64,000 nucleotides of DNA, from NCBI GenBank assembly GCA_965223265.1, contig OZ244999.1, forward strand, positions 6,176,001 to 6,240,000. The letters are read 5' to 3'. Shown piece after piece: positions 45,100 through 55,846 of this stretch. Each line of letters begins with the position of its first letter. The first letter of the stretch is position 1. The position numbers and the translations under genes are program-made. The notes below the pieces were generated by a model. The model was not told where the DNA came from. It did no database searches and was given only the letters and a program-made list of their open reading frames with translations. This stretch comes from Planctomycetota bacterium (lineage in GTDB: Bacteria > Planctomycetota > UBA8108 > SXIK01).

Positions 45100-46164
45100 A
45101 TGAACCAAAAAGGGCCCCGTGCGGTGGTCATCGGGGGAGGCGTGATCGGCCTGGCCGTCGCACGTGAGCTCGAAGCGTTGGAGTTCAACGTCACTGTGCT
45201 CGAACGGCGACAGTTCGGGCGTGAGGCTTCGTATGCGGCGGCCGGCATGCTCGCGCCGGAACTCGAATTCACGCCCGACGACGAACTCTTCACGATGGCT
45301 TCGGAGTCGCTCGCGCTCTACCCCGACTTCGCGGCGACGCTCGAGGCCGAAGTTTCGCAAATCGTCGACCTACGACTGAGTGGAATCGTTCGACCTCTCA
45401 TGGGGTCGCCCGCGGCTGGAGAGGTAGGAGAGTCGGAGGCAACGCATTCCTACCCAAGCGTCGAACGACTGGAAGGCAATGCGCTGCGCCGATTGGAACC
45501 GGAGTTGGCCAACGAATTCACGACGGCTGAGCTTTTTCATGGCCACGGCAGTGTCGACAACCGCGCCCTCGTCGACGCGCTTGCTCGGTCGTGCCAGTGC
45601 CGCGGCGTCGAGCTGCGCGCCGCTACGACCGCTACTGAAGTCACGAGTAAAAACGATCGCGTCACGGGTGTCATCACCGACGGCGGCCCGATCGCGGCGG
45701 ACATGGTGGTCAACTGCGCCGGCGCATGGGCCAGCGATGTTGCTGTCGATGGAGCGGCCGTCGCAACGCATCCGGTCAAAGGTCAGATGTTGCTCGTTCG
45801 CTGCCCGCAGCCGGTCCTCGAACACGTGATCTACTCGCACTTGGTCTACCTCGTGCCTCGTAGTGACGGCCGAGTCGTGGTCGGCACAACGGTCGAGGAA
45901 CGCGGTTACAATAAAGACGTGGAAGCGTGGGCACTCGAGCGACTTCTGAAGGGTGCTCTGACGGTGTGCCCGGCCCTCAAGGAATCGCGCTTCGTCGAAG
46001 CTTGGGCTGGGCTGCGACCTCAAATCGCTCAAAAGAGTCCGCAAATCTGTGCCGCCGGTCCGCTGGGCTACTTTCTCGCTTGTGGGCACTACCGAAACGG
46101 CGTACTGCTGGCGCCGATCACAGCGAAACGAGTTGCCGCATTAGTGCGGCAAGCCAGCGATTGA
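45100..46164 (+). CDS. thiO: Glycine oxidase ThiO / FAD-dependent oxidoreductase
   Basis: VIGGGVIG, ASYAAAGML, NCAGAWA, PVKGQM, YLVPR.DG, WAGLRP, GHYRNGVLLAPITA. Confidence 0.88.
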   Translation: MNQKGPRAVVIGGGVIGLAVARELEALEFNVTVLERRQFGREASYAAAGMLAPELEFTPDDELFTMASESLALYPDFAATLEAEVSQIVDLRLSGIVRPLMGSPAAGEVGESEATHSYPSVERLEGNALRRLEPELANEFTTAELFHGHGSVDNRALVDALARSCQCRGVELRAATTATEVTSKNDRVTGVITDGGPIAADMVVNCAGAWASDVAVDGAAVATHPVKGQMLLVRCPQPVLEHVIYSHLVYLVPRSDGRVVVGTTVEERGYNKDVEAWALERLLKGALTVCPALKESRFVEAWAGLRPQIAQKSPQICAAGPLGYFLACGHYRNGVLLAPITAKRVAALVRQASD

Positions 46165-46196
46165 CCCCTACTTCGCAGCCACGACTTCTCGCCGTC

Positions 46197-46892
46197 TCAG
46201 CTACCTGCCGCGACTTCCTCGCGTTTGGGCTCTGCGGATTCCTCAGAGGCAGTTGACGACGCTTCCTGCTCCGGTGTGCTGCTGGGATCAGAAGCGCTCG
46301 CAGACTTGTTGGTCGCCGACTCCTCCTGCGAGAAGTGCTTTTTGTACAGCTCGTCGCTACGTTCCAGCGAGTCTTTCACTCGCTGCAGGCGGCCACCGTC
46401 AGCAGCAAGGAGCTCGGGATCGGCGCTGTCGAGAAAAGCTCTCATGTCGACGACCGCCTTCTGCGTCTCGTCAACGTAGGAACAGGCCGTTGTCACGGCG
46501 TCATTGATGGCGTCACGGATGTCCGTGAGATCGTCGCCAGCGCGCAGAGTGCACGGTCGACGCCAGGAGCCGTTGACCAGCTCACCAAAATAGATCTTAA
46601 AACGATGGATTGGACCACAAAACTTGAACGAGTAGAGAATGCCGACCGACGCTGCGAACGGCACCCCGACGCCCACTGAAAGTAGAAACTTCTGGTACAG
46701 AACCCGCTTCAACTCAGCAACAATCAGGTCGGAACTTGTGTACTGCGGAATGCCTTCGGCCAAGCTCCAGAGGGCGGCGAGGCTGAGCTGGAAATTGATC
46801 AGGAGCACAAGGCACGTCACCAAAAGCGTGACAAAAACGATCTTGAGCTGGAGATCAACGCGGATCAGCTTCTTCTTTCGTCGGTTCTTCAA
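46197..46892 (-). CDS. Two-TM membrane protein with HAMP-like segment
   Basis: TTG start after GAGGAGG; NRRKKKLI..LQLK, two TMs, GPIHRF...LRAGDDL..I.DAIN. Confidence 0.75.
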   Translation of the reverse strand: MKNRRKKKLIRVDLQLKIVFVTLLVTCLVLLINFQLSLAALWSLAEGIPQYTSSDLIVAELKRVLYQKFLLSVGVGVPFAASVGILYSFKFCGPIHRFKIYFGELVNGSWRRPCTLRAGDDLTDIRDAINDAVTTACSYVDETQKAVVDMRAFLDSADPELLAADGGRLQRVKDSLERSDELYKKHFSQEESATNKSASASDPSSTPEQEASSTASEESAEPKREEVAAGS

Positions 46893-47150
46893 CTTCGACC
46901 TCCTCGGAATCGCAGCGTTCGTGATCGCGCGATCACGATGCGGTACGGCGAGCTTCGAGACATTCAGTCCACGAATTACGTATCGGTCAGCAATGAACGA
47001 CGCTTGATTCCGAATCGTCGAGGTCAAGCGAGGAGCAGCAAAGAAGAAGTTGTGTCAGCGCGATAACGAGAAAGCGCGTCGCGTTATCGGAGACGGGTGG
47101 TCTCTCATCGCTTGGGAGACAACCCGGTAGCGGACCTGACCTCAAGACCG

Positions 47151-48170
47151 TCAACCAAAACGTTCCGCAAAACAGTCGTAGAGCGCGTCGAGCGACTGCA
47201 CTCGATCAGGATCGATACAGAGCACCACCTGATCGCGTTGCCGAAACGCGCCGTGGCGACGCTGGCGAGTGAATTCTACAACAACCTCAGGAACCTCTGC
47301 GGGCCTCATTGCGGCGACCTTCGCAAGGCTTTCAGGCGCGTCATCAGCGAGGCTAAACGTGACTCCTTGCGGCGAACGTGGCTCCAATCCACGGAGTGGT
47401 CGGACCAGGTAATCGCCCTCCTTGAAAAGCCGGTAGTTCGCCGAGCCGCGGGCGCTCGGACGGTGCGAGACATGGACCGGGTGGAACAGATGGAGCATGC
47501 GACTGGCTCGAGAGCCATCCGCCACCTTGACCCCGACACGCCGCAGGCGTCGGGCGATATCTTCGTCCTCGTAGCCCCACCCTTCGAAGCGCTCATCGAA
47601 GCCGTTGACGCGCTCGAAGTCTTGACGCCACACCGCAGCATTCGCGGTCGTCAACTTGGGACGCACCTTGAGACGTGTGCGCGAGTAGAGCTGATTCTTC
47701 AGCCACAGAGTCGCCAGTGCCCGCCGGGAGCGACGCGCAAGTCGTTGGAAGAGCCCGAGGTCGACGCTGCCGCGCTGCAGAACGATTGACGTCTCCTGCT
47801 CCGTCAACCAACATCGCGCGCCCACAGTCGCCACTCCAAGGCGGCACTTGCACGCATGGAACACCAAACTGTCGGCGAAGGGCACACAGTCACCATCGGT
47901 GAACAGGAGTACATCGCCTGCGGCCGCCTCACGCACAGCTCGATTGCGCACTGCGGCAAGACGAAAGCCACGATCCTCCTGCCAAACGTGCTTGAGCGCA
48001 AATCGCGCCACGCGCCGGTGCGCGTCGATCACCTCGCGGGTGCGCTCGTCGGACCCGTCGTCGGCCACAACCACCTCGAAGTCGTCAGGGTTGACGACTT
48101 CGTCGTAGCCACGGAGCACGACCGCAAGCGCCGAAGGTCGGTTGTAGGTCGACAGGATCACGGAAATCAC
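47151..48170 (-). CDS. Glycosyltransferase family 2
   Basis: ISVILSTYNR, VVADDGSD, FTDGDC, VNGFDERFEGWGYEDED. Confidence 0.93.
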   Translation of the reverse strand: MISVILSTYNRPSALAVVLRGYDEVVNPDDFEVVVADDGSDERTREVIDAHRRVARFALKHVWQEDRGFRLAAVRNRAVREAAAGDVLLFTDGDCVPFADSLVFHACKCRLGVATVGARCWLTEQETSIVLQRGSVDLGLFQRLARRSRRALATLWLKNQLYSRTRLKVRPKLTTANAAVWRQDFERVNGFDERFEGWGYEDEDIARRLRRVGVKVADGSRASRMLHLFHPVHVSHRPSARGSANYRLFKEGDYLVRPLRGLEPRSPQGVTFSLADDAPESLAKVAAMRPAEVPEVVVEFTRQRRHGAFRQRDQVVLCIDPDRVQSLDALYDCFAERFG

Positions 48171-48256
48171 AGCAGCCGCTCCGCGTCGCTGATACCCGCG
48201 AGTTTGGTCATGTTGCGTTTCGAGACTGTTTCGGAACTACACTGCGCCGGACGAGC

Positions 48257-49471
48257 TCAGGCGCCGAACTTCTTCAGTCGCGAAGCATGTGCGAGGGCGA
48301 GTGGCATGAGCTGAGTCGCCGGAAAGATTCCCAGATCACCGCTCATCGCGCCCTGCTCGTCGAAGCGGCTACCCTTTCGAGGCAGGCTAAGTGGCGAGTG
48401 GATGAGCGTCGGCACAGGATGCCAGCTGTGCTCCTTGTGAATGCATGGAGTCGAGTGATCCCCGGTCACGATCAACACCTCTGGCTTGAGCGCTAGGAGA
48501 CGCTCAAGCGACGCATCGACGATTTCAAGATGCCGCACCTTCTCTTCGAAGAGCCCCGAGTGACCAGCACTATCCGTACCCTTGTAGTGCAGAAAGAAAA
48601 AGTCGTAGGCATCGAACTGCTGTTCGAGAAGTGCCAACTCCGCGTCCCAACCTTTCGGCGCCCCGAGCACCTTCATTCCGACCATGCGAGCGACGCCGCG
48701 GTACATCGGATACGCGGCGATCGCCCCCGCGGCGAGCCCAAAGCGCTCGTCGAACGGCATGACCTCCGGCAGTCCTGAGAAACCTCGCAGGAGCATCCCA
48801 GAGGCCTGCGGTTCGTCCGCGAGGATCTCTCGAGCGCGACGCAGAAACGTCGCCACAATCGCAGCGGCGCGCTCAGCACCGGGTGCTTGAGCGGTGATGT
48901 CGAGAAGTGACCTTCCTTCACGCTGCGGGTCGTTGTCGTTGAGCGCTGCACTCAGGCCATCACCTCTGAACACCACGGTAAAGCGGTGCTCCTTGCCTGG
49001 AAGAATCTTCACCTCGGCGCCGTCCACACCGTCGCGAAACCCTTCTACGAGTTTGGTGCACAGGCGAAGATTCTCGCTGTCCGGCGGGCGCCCGGCGCGG
49101 CGATCGTGCACGATACCGTCGGCATCGACGGTGGCGTAGTTGGCGCGCGCTGCGACGTCAGTCGGTCGGAGGTCGAAGTCGCTGCCAAGCGCCTCGAGCG
49201 CGCCACGGCCGAACGTGATCGTGTACGGGTGATACCCAAAGAGGGCGAGGTGAGCCGGACCGCTGCCCGGCGTGACGCCGTAGTCAACGACCTGCATGCG
49301 GCCAAGAGAAGATCGAGACGCCAGCGCGTCGAGGGCTGGGAGCTTTGCGGTTTCGAGCTCGCTCAGCCCCGTCTCGGGGTCAGGGAGCCCCCCAAGCCCG
49401 TCACAAACCAAAAGAATGATCTTCTGACCCTGAGGACGAGTGATCAGGGTGCGGGTTTCGTCGTGAATCAT
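48257..49471 (-). CDS. apgM: 2,3-bisphosphoglycerate-independent phosphoglycerate mutase (ApgM type)
   Basis: LVCDGLGG, PGSGPAHLALFGY, GRGALEALG, DRRAGR, TDSAGH, TGDHSTP, HSWHPVP. Confidence 0.93.
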   Translation of the reverse strand: MIHDETRTLITRPQGQKIILLVCDGLGGLPDPETGLSELETAKLPALDALASRSSLGRMQVVDYGVTPGSGPAHLALFGYHPYTITFGRGALEALGSDFDLRPTDVAARANYATVDADGIVHDRRAGRPPDSENLRLCTKLVEGFRDGVDGAEVKILPGKEHRFTVVFRGDGLSAALNDNDPQREGRSLLDITAQAPGAERAAAIVATFLRRAREILADEPQASGMLLRGFSGLPEVMPFDERFGLAAGAIAAYPMYRGVARMVGMKVLGAPKGWDAELALLEQQFDAYDFFFLHYKGTDSAGHSGLFEEKVRHLEIVDASLERLLALKPEVLIVTGDHSTPCIHKEHSWHPVPTLIHSPLSLPRKGSRFDEQGAMSGDLGIFPATQLMPLALAHASRLKKFGA

Positions 49472-49703
49472 GAGCTTAAAGTCACATATGAGGGCTGAAT
49501 TGATCAAAAGCAGGTAGCCGCGTATTAGGCATCAGCCGGCGGCAAACGGCAAGGGTGGAGCGGTCGTTCACCGTCGGCCTCAGGGGGCAATCCACCCAAT
49601 CCACCCAACACGACAAGAAACCAAAAGGAGTGACCAATTTTTGGCCACAACAACCTTGGCCTCTTCGCAACGCCCCGTAAAATGAGAAGAAGCGGCCAAG
49701 GTC

Positions 49704-52700
49704 TTGCCACTTTGGCAACGACCCGCGGGAATCCTTTCAGCGGCAACGGCGACGAGAACTTCTGTGGACCCTTCTGCGGCGGCGCCCTCGGGCGCTCAGA
49801 TCCCGGCACGATACACCGTCCTCGGCGACTTGGGTGGAGGCGGCATGGGGCAGGTGTATCGCGTCCGCGACCACTTCACAGGTCAAGTTGTGGCACTCAA
49901 AGTTGTGCGCGAGACCTCCCCGGAGGACGTTCAGCTCTTTCGGCGGGAGATCGTCACGCTCAGCTCCCTCTGGCACGAGTCGATTGTGCGCTTCTTCGAC
50001 GCCGGTGTCTGCGGTGACGATTTCTACTTCACAATGGAGCTCGTCGAGGGTTCGTCTCTTGAGCAGTTCATCAGCCCTGCCGCGGCTGCGGCTGCCGATG
50101 TGAAATGGATCTTGGCGGTCGTCGTTCAGCTCCTGGACGCACTCAGCCATCTCCACGAGAGAGGCTTGCTGCACCGCGACATCAAGCCAAGCAACGTCGT
50201 CGCGTTGACGGCGCCGCCCCAGAGCGCCCTCCAGTCCACAAGCGCGGCGCAAATCAAATTGATCGACTTCGGCCTAGCTGCCCAGCGACGCTCCATCGCC
50301 TCCGGACCAGACGCGAGCGTCGGCACACCAGTCTACATGGCGCCGGAACAACTACGCGGCCACACGACGATCGACGAACGCGCCGACCTCTTCTCCGTCG
50401 GCGCAATGGCCTATCACCTTCTCACGGGGTCTCCCCCGCGAACCTCGCTGCGGGATGCGGTCGCCGGCGAGCCACCGATCGACCGCTATCCGCAAGACTG
50501 CCCGAGGCGAGCCGTCGACCTCATCCGTGAGCTGCTTGCGAACGAGCGACATGAACGCCCAGCGTCCGCCGCAGCTGCGCGTGAACGCCTACTCGCCGCG
50601 CTGGAGCCCGAAGACCGGCGCCGCATCGAAGCGCCGCGTATCCGTTTGCCATCGTTCGTCGGTCGTCAAGGCGAAGTCGCCGCGCTCACCAACGTCGTGC
50701 GGAGCGCTGCCGACGGTCGTAGTGGATTCGTTCGGCTGACAGGAGATCGCGGAAGCGGCAAGTCCTGGGTGCTCCACCACAGCGGTCTCAAGGCGGTCGC
50801 CTTCGGCGACCTCGGGACACTCACCGTCGGCTGTCGATTTCGTGCCGACGACTCCGGGGCAGGCCTGCGTGAGCTCTATTCCCAGCTCCTGGCGCACTTC
50901 GACGAGCATTCCGCCTCTGACGCACTCCGCGACCATCACGGCGCCGAGGCAGTTGACGACTTTGTCTCGACGTTTGGAGTGCAGACGCGGCCAGACGCTA
51001 CGACGACGGCGACGTCGCTGGCCGATGACATCCCCCCACACGTGCGTCGAGAACGGCTGCTCACTCTTGCCATCGAAATCGTCCGCGCGGCAAGCGGGCG
51101 ACAACCCCTACTTCTCGTCGTCGACGATGTGCATCACGCCGGCGAGTTCGCGCTCGAGTTTTTTTCTCGCTTGCGGCATTCGATCGGCACCATGCGCGTC
51201 GCGGTCGTGCTCAGTCATCGCCCACAACCCGAGAGCTCCGCCGTACAGATCGATTCCACGCCGTTCGCGTCGTTTCTTGAGCAACTAGACGATGTCGACG
51301 TCGTGACACTGCCTCCGCTGACTGACGGCGAGGTGAGTCAACTGATCGACTCGATGCTCTTCCCGTCAGTGATCTCCAAAACATGCCGCGACGCGCTGAC
51401 CCAACGCTCCGGGGGGTGGCCTGGTGCAGTCGTCAGCGACATCCAGCTGGTGTGGAGCAGGCGACGACTCCGATTCCAGGACGGTGCGTGGTGCTGGGAC
51501 CGGAAGGAGAGCGCAGGTGCCGACGCGAGTCTCGAGAAAGTCGAGCTCGACGGCCTCACAGACCTCGAGCGCGACGTGCTCCTCGGCGTGAAAGTCCTTG
51601 GCCCCCCGGTGACGAGACTTCATCTGGCAACGTTCGTGACGATCCTCAGAGAGCTCTCGACCTCATCAGGTCGTGACATAGCGACAGCCGAAGTGAACGA
51701 CGATGGGCGCCTCGACACCACGGCAGCACGCCTGAGCGCCGAGCGAATCGAAGCAGTCGGCGGCAGAGTCGCAGCACAACCGGCGGTTCAGAGACTGATC
51801 TCACAAGGCCTCCTTGTCGAGGCAGAAGACGGGATTGACATGTCTCCCACGCTGAGGGACACGAAGCTCGAATCGACTCGCCAGCCGAGACTTCTTGAAG
51901 TCGCAGGTGCGCAGGCACTCATCGCGCTGCATGCAAGCGACCTCGAGGCGAACGCTCTGAGAATCGCCCAACTCCTCCACGCCGGCGGCGAAATCGCTAT
52001 AGCGCACGGCTACTTCGTACTCTCCGCTCGCAGCGCGAGTAGGCTCTACGCCAACAGTCGCGCGCGCCACAGCTATCAGGCAGCCATCGAAACGGCCCCC
52101 GATGTAGGACGCCAACGTGCGGTCTACATCGAGTTCGGCGAGTTTCTGCTGCGTCTTGGCGAATACGACGAAGCGCTTCGAGCATTCCAGGACTCCAGCG
52201 GGGTCGACATCGAGACGTTCGACGCAGGACGCACACTGGCAGCAGACGTCGACCCGGGGATGCTCGAGCGCATCGGCAAGGTACTCCACTTACAAGGTCA
52301 CTACGAAACGGCGCTACGCGTATTCGAAACCTATCTCGAGCTCGCAGGATCCGACTCGATACATCTTGCGAAGGCGCAGCTTCGTTTGGGAGAGATTCAC
52401 TTCGAAAGCGGTGACAGCCAACGCGCGAGCGAATGCTTCGAACACAGCCTCAAGCTCTACGAGTCGCTGGGTGACGCGCCGAACATCGCCAAGGTGCAGA
52501 GCCAACTCGGTCTTGTCGCTAAGCAGCGAGGAGACATCCGCGCAGCAATCGAACGGTTCGAGAGCGCGCTGGAGAACGCAGAGCGAGCCGGTCACGCCGT
52601 CGCGACCGCCACGGCTCTGAACAACCTCGGAAACATCCACCGCGCACAAGGTGACGATGAGCTCGCTTTGGACTTCTTACGGCGCTCAGTTGAATCACGC

Positions 52701-53606
52701 CGCCGGGCTGGTGACCGTGGCGGCGTCGCGATTTCTTTAACCAGTATCGCGCAGGTGCATTTTTATCGAGGCGAATTCAAGAACGCAGTTGAACGCAATG
52801 AAAGCGCGCTTCGTGTCTTTCGTGAAGTTGGCAACCAGAAGGGCGTCCTCGTGGCCGGCTGCAATCTGGCTGAGTCGCAGCGCATGGTCGGCGATTTCAA
52901 ATTGGCACGAGAGCAAACTGAACAAAACCTTCAACTCGCCGACGATCTTAAGATGACGTCGATTCGGCCAGCAGCCCTCACAAGCCTCGCCAACTTGGAG
53001 GTGGACATCGGCAACTATGGCGCTGCGGTCGAGATTCTCGAGCGCTGCCTGAGCGAGCTACCGCCGGGCAAGCTGCCACAGCACCGCCTCGAAGCGCTCA
53101 CCGCGTTGAGCTGGGCGCACTTACGCCTGAGGGATTACTCAAGAGCACGCCAGCTGTTCGACGACTGCGAGTCGGCGCTTCAGTCGAGCAACGCGAATGA
53201 AAAACGTGGCGAACTGACTGCCGTGCGCGTTCGCCTCGAGAACGAAGCCGGTGACGCCGAAAGGGCCGTCAAGGTTGGCCGTCAGTTTCTCGAGCACACG
53301 GAGTTCGGCGTCGAGCGCTTTGGATCGGCGTGTCTACGGCGCGAGCTCGGAAGAGCGTTCCGGAGTGTTGGGCCGGAGTGGGCTGATCAGACCGAGAAGC
53401 ATCTCTTCGCAGCTCGAAAGGAGTTCCAAGACATGTCGAGCCCCCACAACGTCGCTGAAATCGACTTCGAGATCGGCGTCTACTGGGGTCTCTTTGGCGA
53501 GAACGAAGAGGCCGGGGAATTCTTCAGCCGCTCAAAGCAGACTTTTTTGCGTCTCAACGCGCCACTGCGCTCCGCTTTGATCGGCAAATCGAGGAGTCGC
53601 GCATGA
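49704..53606 (+). CDS. Ser/Thr protein kinase with AAA/STAND-like ATPase and TPR repeats
   Basis: [31 protein letters not shown]; Walker A GDRGSGKS; Walker B LLVVDDVH; C-terminal TPRs. Start uncertain. Confidence 0.92.
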   Translation: MPLWQRPAGILSAATATRTSVDPSAAAPSGAQIPARYTVLGDLGGGGMGQVYRVRDHFTGQVVALKVVRETSPEDVQLFRREIVTLSSLWHESIVRFFDAGVCGDDFYFTMELVEGSSLEQFISPAAAAAADVKWILAVVVQLLDALSHLHERGLLHRDIKPSNVVALTAPPQSALQSTSAAQIKLIDFGLAAQRRSIASGPDASVGTPVYMAPEQLRGHTTIDERADLFSVGAMAYHLLTGSPPRTSLRDAVAGEPPIDRYPQDCPRRAVDLIRELLANERHERPASAAAARERLLAALEPEDRRRIEAPRIRLPSFVGRQGEVAALTNVVRSAADGRSGFVRLTGDRGSGKSWVLHHSGLKAVAFGDLGTLTVGCRFRADDSGAGLRELYSQLLAHFDEHSASDALRDHHGAEAVDDFVSTFGVQTRPDATTTATSLADDIPPHVRRERLLTLAIEIVRAASGRQPLLLVVDDVHHAGEFALEFFSRLRHSIGTMRVAVVLSHRPQPESSAVQIDSTPFASFLEQLDDVDVVTLPPLTDGEVSQLIDSMLFPSVISKTCRDALTQRSGGWPGAVVSDIQLVWSRRRLRFQDGAWCWDRKESAGADASLEKVELDGLTDLERDVLLGVKVLGPPVTRLHLATFVTILRELSTSSGRDIATAEVNDDGRLDTTAARLSAERIEAVGGRVAAQPAVQRLISQGLLVEAEDGIDMSPTLRDTKLESTRQPRLLEVAGAQALIALHASDLEANALRIAQLLHAGGEIAIAHGYFVLSARSASRLYANSRARHSYQAAIETAPDVGRQRAVYIEFGEFLLRLGEYDEALRAFQDSSGVDIETFDAGRTLAADVDPGMLERIGKVLHLQGHYETALRVFETYLELAGSDSIHLAKAQLRLGEIHFESGDSQRASECFEHSLKLYESLGDAPNIAKVQSQLGLVAKQRGDIRAAIERFESALENAERAGHAVATATALNNLGNIHRAQGDDELALDFLRRSVESRRRAGDRGGVAISLTSIAQVHFYRGEFKNAVERNESALRVFREVGNQKGVLVAGCNLAESQRMVGDFKLAREQTEQNLQLADDLKMTSIRPAALTSLANLEVDIGNYGAAVEILERCLSELPPGKLPQHRLEALTALSWAHLRLRDYSRARQLFDDCESALQSSNANEKRGELTAVRVRLENEAGDAERAVKVGRQFLEHTEFGVERFGSACLRRELGRAFRSVGPEWADQTEKHLFAARKEFQDMSSPHNVAEIDFEIGVYWGLFGENEEAGEFFSRSKQTFLRLNAPLRSALIGKSRSRA

Positions 53607-55378
53607 GCCAGGTAAGCTACCGAAGAAAAGCGATTCTAAGCCGCGTCCACAGCGCCCTCGACGCGTTCTATCTGCTCCAAGACATCGATTGGGACTATGA
53701 CGTCTATGCAACGCTCGAGAGGATCGTGGCTCTAGCCGTCGAAGAAATCGAGCTCGAAGACGACGCCCAGATCGAACGTGGATTGATTATTCTGCGAAAC
53801 CGCGGTGTTGGCGAGCTGGAAGTTCACGCGGGCTGGAAGACAGAAGAACTGGACCTGCAGTTCAGCCGCACGGTCGTGGAAGAAACGATCGCAACGCAGC
53901 AGCCGATTTTGTGCGAGAACGCCAAAGACGATCCGCGCTTCATGGAAGCTGAGAGCATCAAGGAGCTGGCGACTCTCTCGCTCATCTCTGTGCCGTTGAG
54001 CTTCGAGCAGCAATGTATCGGTGCGTTCTACATCGAGAGTAAGAGCCCGGGCAATCTCTTCAGCCCGTCGGATCTCGAGTTCCTTCAGGATTTCGCCAGA
54101 ACGATCGCCCCCTACTTGAAGACCGCTCTCACGCATCAAGGTCACCTCGGAACGATCCGCAAGCTACGAGAAGAGATTCAAGACTCGTATCGATTTCGCA
54201 ATCTGATCGGAAGAAGCGAATCGATGCACGCGATCTTTGAACTTATGCGCATAGCGGCGGACGTTGACCGAACCGTCCTTTTGACGGGAGAATCGGGCTG
54301 CGGCAAGGAGCTGATTGCTCATGCGATTCACTACAACGGCCGGCGCCGCAACCACCCCTTCGTGGTCGTCGATTGCTCCGGTCTGTCGGAGAACTTGCTC
54401 GAGAGTGAGCTCTTTGGTCACTGCCGCGGCGCTTTCACTGGCGCCTCGACCGACAAGACGGGAGCGTTCGAGGCCGCCAACCAAGGCACGATCTTCCTCG
54501 ACGAGATTAGCGATGCATCGAAGTCGATGCAGCAGAAGCTACGAAGAGTCTTACAGGAAGGCGAGATTCGGCGCGTCGGCGACAATCAAGTACGCGAAGT
54601 CGACGTTCGTGTTATCTGTGCGACCAACAAGAACCTTGACGACCTGGTGCGCGCCGGCGAATTCATTCGCGACCTCTACTTCAGAATCAACAAGTTCCCG
54701 ATCCGCATTCCCCCGCTTCGAGACCGGCGGGAGGATGTCCCTGCACTCGTCGACCACTTCGTCAAGAACGCAGCGGAGCAAGTCGACAAACCCGTGCCGA
54801 GTGTTGCCCCGAGCGCAATGGCGGCCCTGATGAGTCGTGACTGGTCAGAGAACAACGTGCGCGAACTGCGCAACGTCGTCGAGCTCGCAATCGATCTTTC
54901 GTCTAACGACGAAGTTTCCGCAAAGACGATCGAACGCGTCTTCAGCATCCAGGCCGGCACGTACACCCCGCGACGCTCCAGCAGTAAAACGACGCCCACG
55001 ACCCACAATGACCGAAGTGCGCTCGTTCAAATCCACACGGATTCCTTCCGCCGCCTTCTTGAGGAGTCGGAAGCGAACGAAAGTCCACGCGACAAGAAAG
55101 AAACACCTTTCTATCTGCTCCAGCTCGAGTCAGCCGCACGTGCGATCCTGGAGGGCCTTCGATCGTCGAAGTGGAAACTACGTCCGGCCGCACGCCTCCT
55201 CGGCATCAGCCCCACAAAGCTGCGCACTGAGCTGAGGGACTTTCTCGAACGCAGCTTGGCGGAAGACGATGGCGACCTCTCCCGCACCTCACGCCGCCTC
55301 GACATCCCCGAAGAGGTGCTCCAAAAGAAGGCGCGAGATCTTGGGCTCGAGTCGTTGGCTTCAGGAGAACAGAAATGA
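53603..55378 (+). CDS. GAF-domain sigma54-dependent enhancer-binding protein
   Basis: GAF domain (NAKDDPRF), [42 protein letters not shown]; C-terminal HTH(s). Confidence 0.95.
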   Translation: MSQVSYRRKAILSRVHSALDAFYLLQDIDWDYDVYATLERIVALAVEEIELEDDAQIERGLIILRNRGVGELEVHAGWKTEELDLQFSRTVVEETIATQQPILCENAKDDPRFMEAESIKELATLSLISVPLSFEQQCIGAFYIESKSPGNLFSPSDLEFLQDFARTIAPYLKTALTHQGHLGTIRKLREEIQDSYRFRNLIGRSESMHAIFELMRIAADVDRTVLLTGESGCGKELIAHAIHYNGRRRNHPFVVVDCSGLSENLLESELFGHCRGAFTGASTDKTGAFEAANQGTIFLDEISDASKSMQQKLRRVLQEGEIRRVGDNQVREVDVRVICATNKNLDDLVRAGEFIRDLYFRINKFPIRIPPLRDRREDVPALVDHFVKNAAEQVDKPVPSVAPSAMAALMSRDWSENNVRELRNVVELAIDLSSNDEVSAKTIERVFSIQAGTYTPRRSSSKTTPTTHNDRSALVQIHTDSFRRLLEESEANESPRDKKETPFYLLQLESAARAILEGLRSSKWKLRPAARLLGISPTKLRTELRDFLERSLAEDDGDLSRTSRRLDIPEEVLQKKARDLGLESLASGEQK

Positions 55379-55656
55379 CGATAGGGTCCCTTCGCGTCTC
55401 GATCATGATCTTCGACGCTCAATCGCTCAAAGACAAACGTCGCGTCATGAACTCCGTCAAGTCGCGCCTACTCAACAACTTCAACATCTCCGTTGCGGAA
55501 GTTGGGTCCAACGATAAGTGGCAAATTGGAGAGCTCGGCATCGTCACAGTCGCCAACGATACGGGTTTCGTGCAGCGTGTGATGCAAAAGGTCGAAGATT
55601 TCCTCGAGGAGACTCCTTCCATTCGGGTACTCGACCGCGAGCTCGAGCTCCTCTGA
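55375..55656 (+). CDS. DUF503 (YlxP-like) protein
   Basis: [22 protein letters not shown]...DKWQ; ATGA overlap with the upstream gene. Confidence 0.9.
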   Translation: MTIGSLRVSIMIFDAQSLKDKRRVMNSVKSRLLNNFNISVAEVGSNDKWQIGELGIVTVANDTGFVQRVMQKVEDFLEETPSIRVLDRELELL

Positions 55657-55846
55657 CACTGCTCGGTAGTCAGGTGCCCAACTCGCGCTGTCCATTCGAC
55701 GTTGAGCCGCCAAGGCACCAGGAGCGTCGAGCCCCAAAAGCAGGCGAGCACACGACCTCCCGGGCCGAAAGGCCGACCAGCTCGTCCGATCAGGCCGGCG
55801 CGAGGTGGCCAGACTCAAGGCCAAACCGCGCCGGCGTCGCTCCGAC

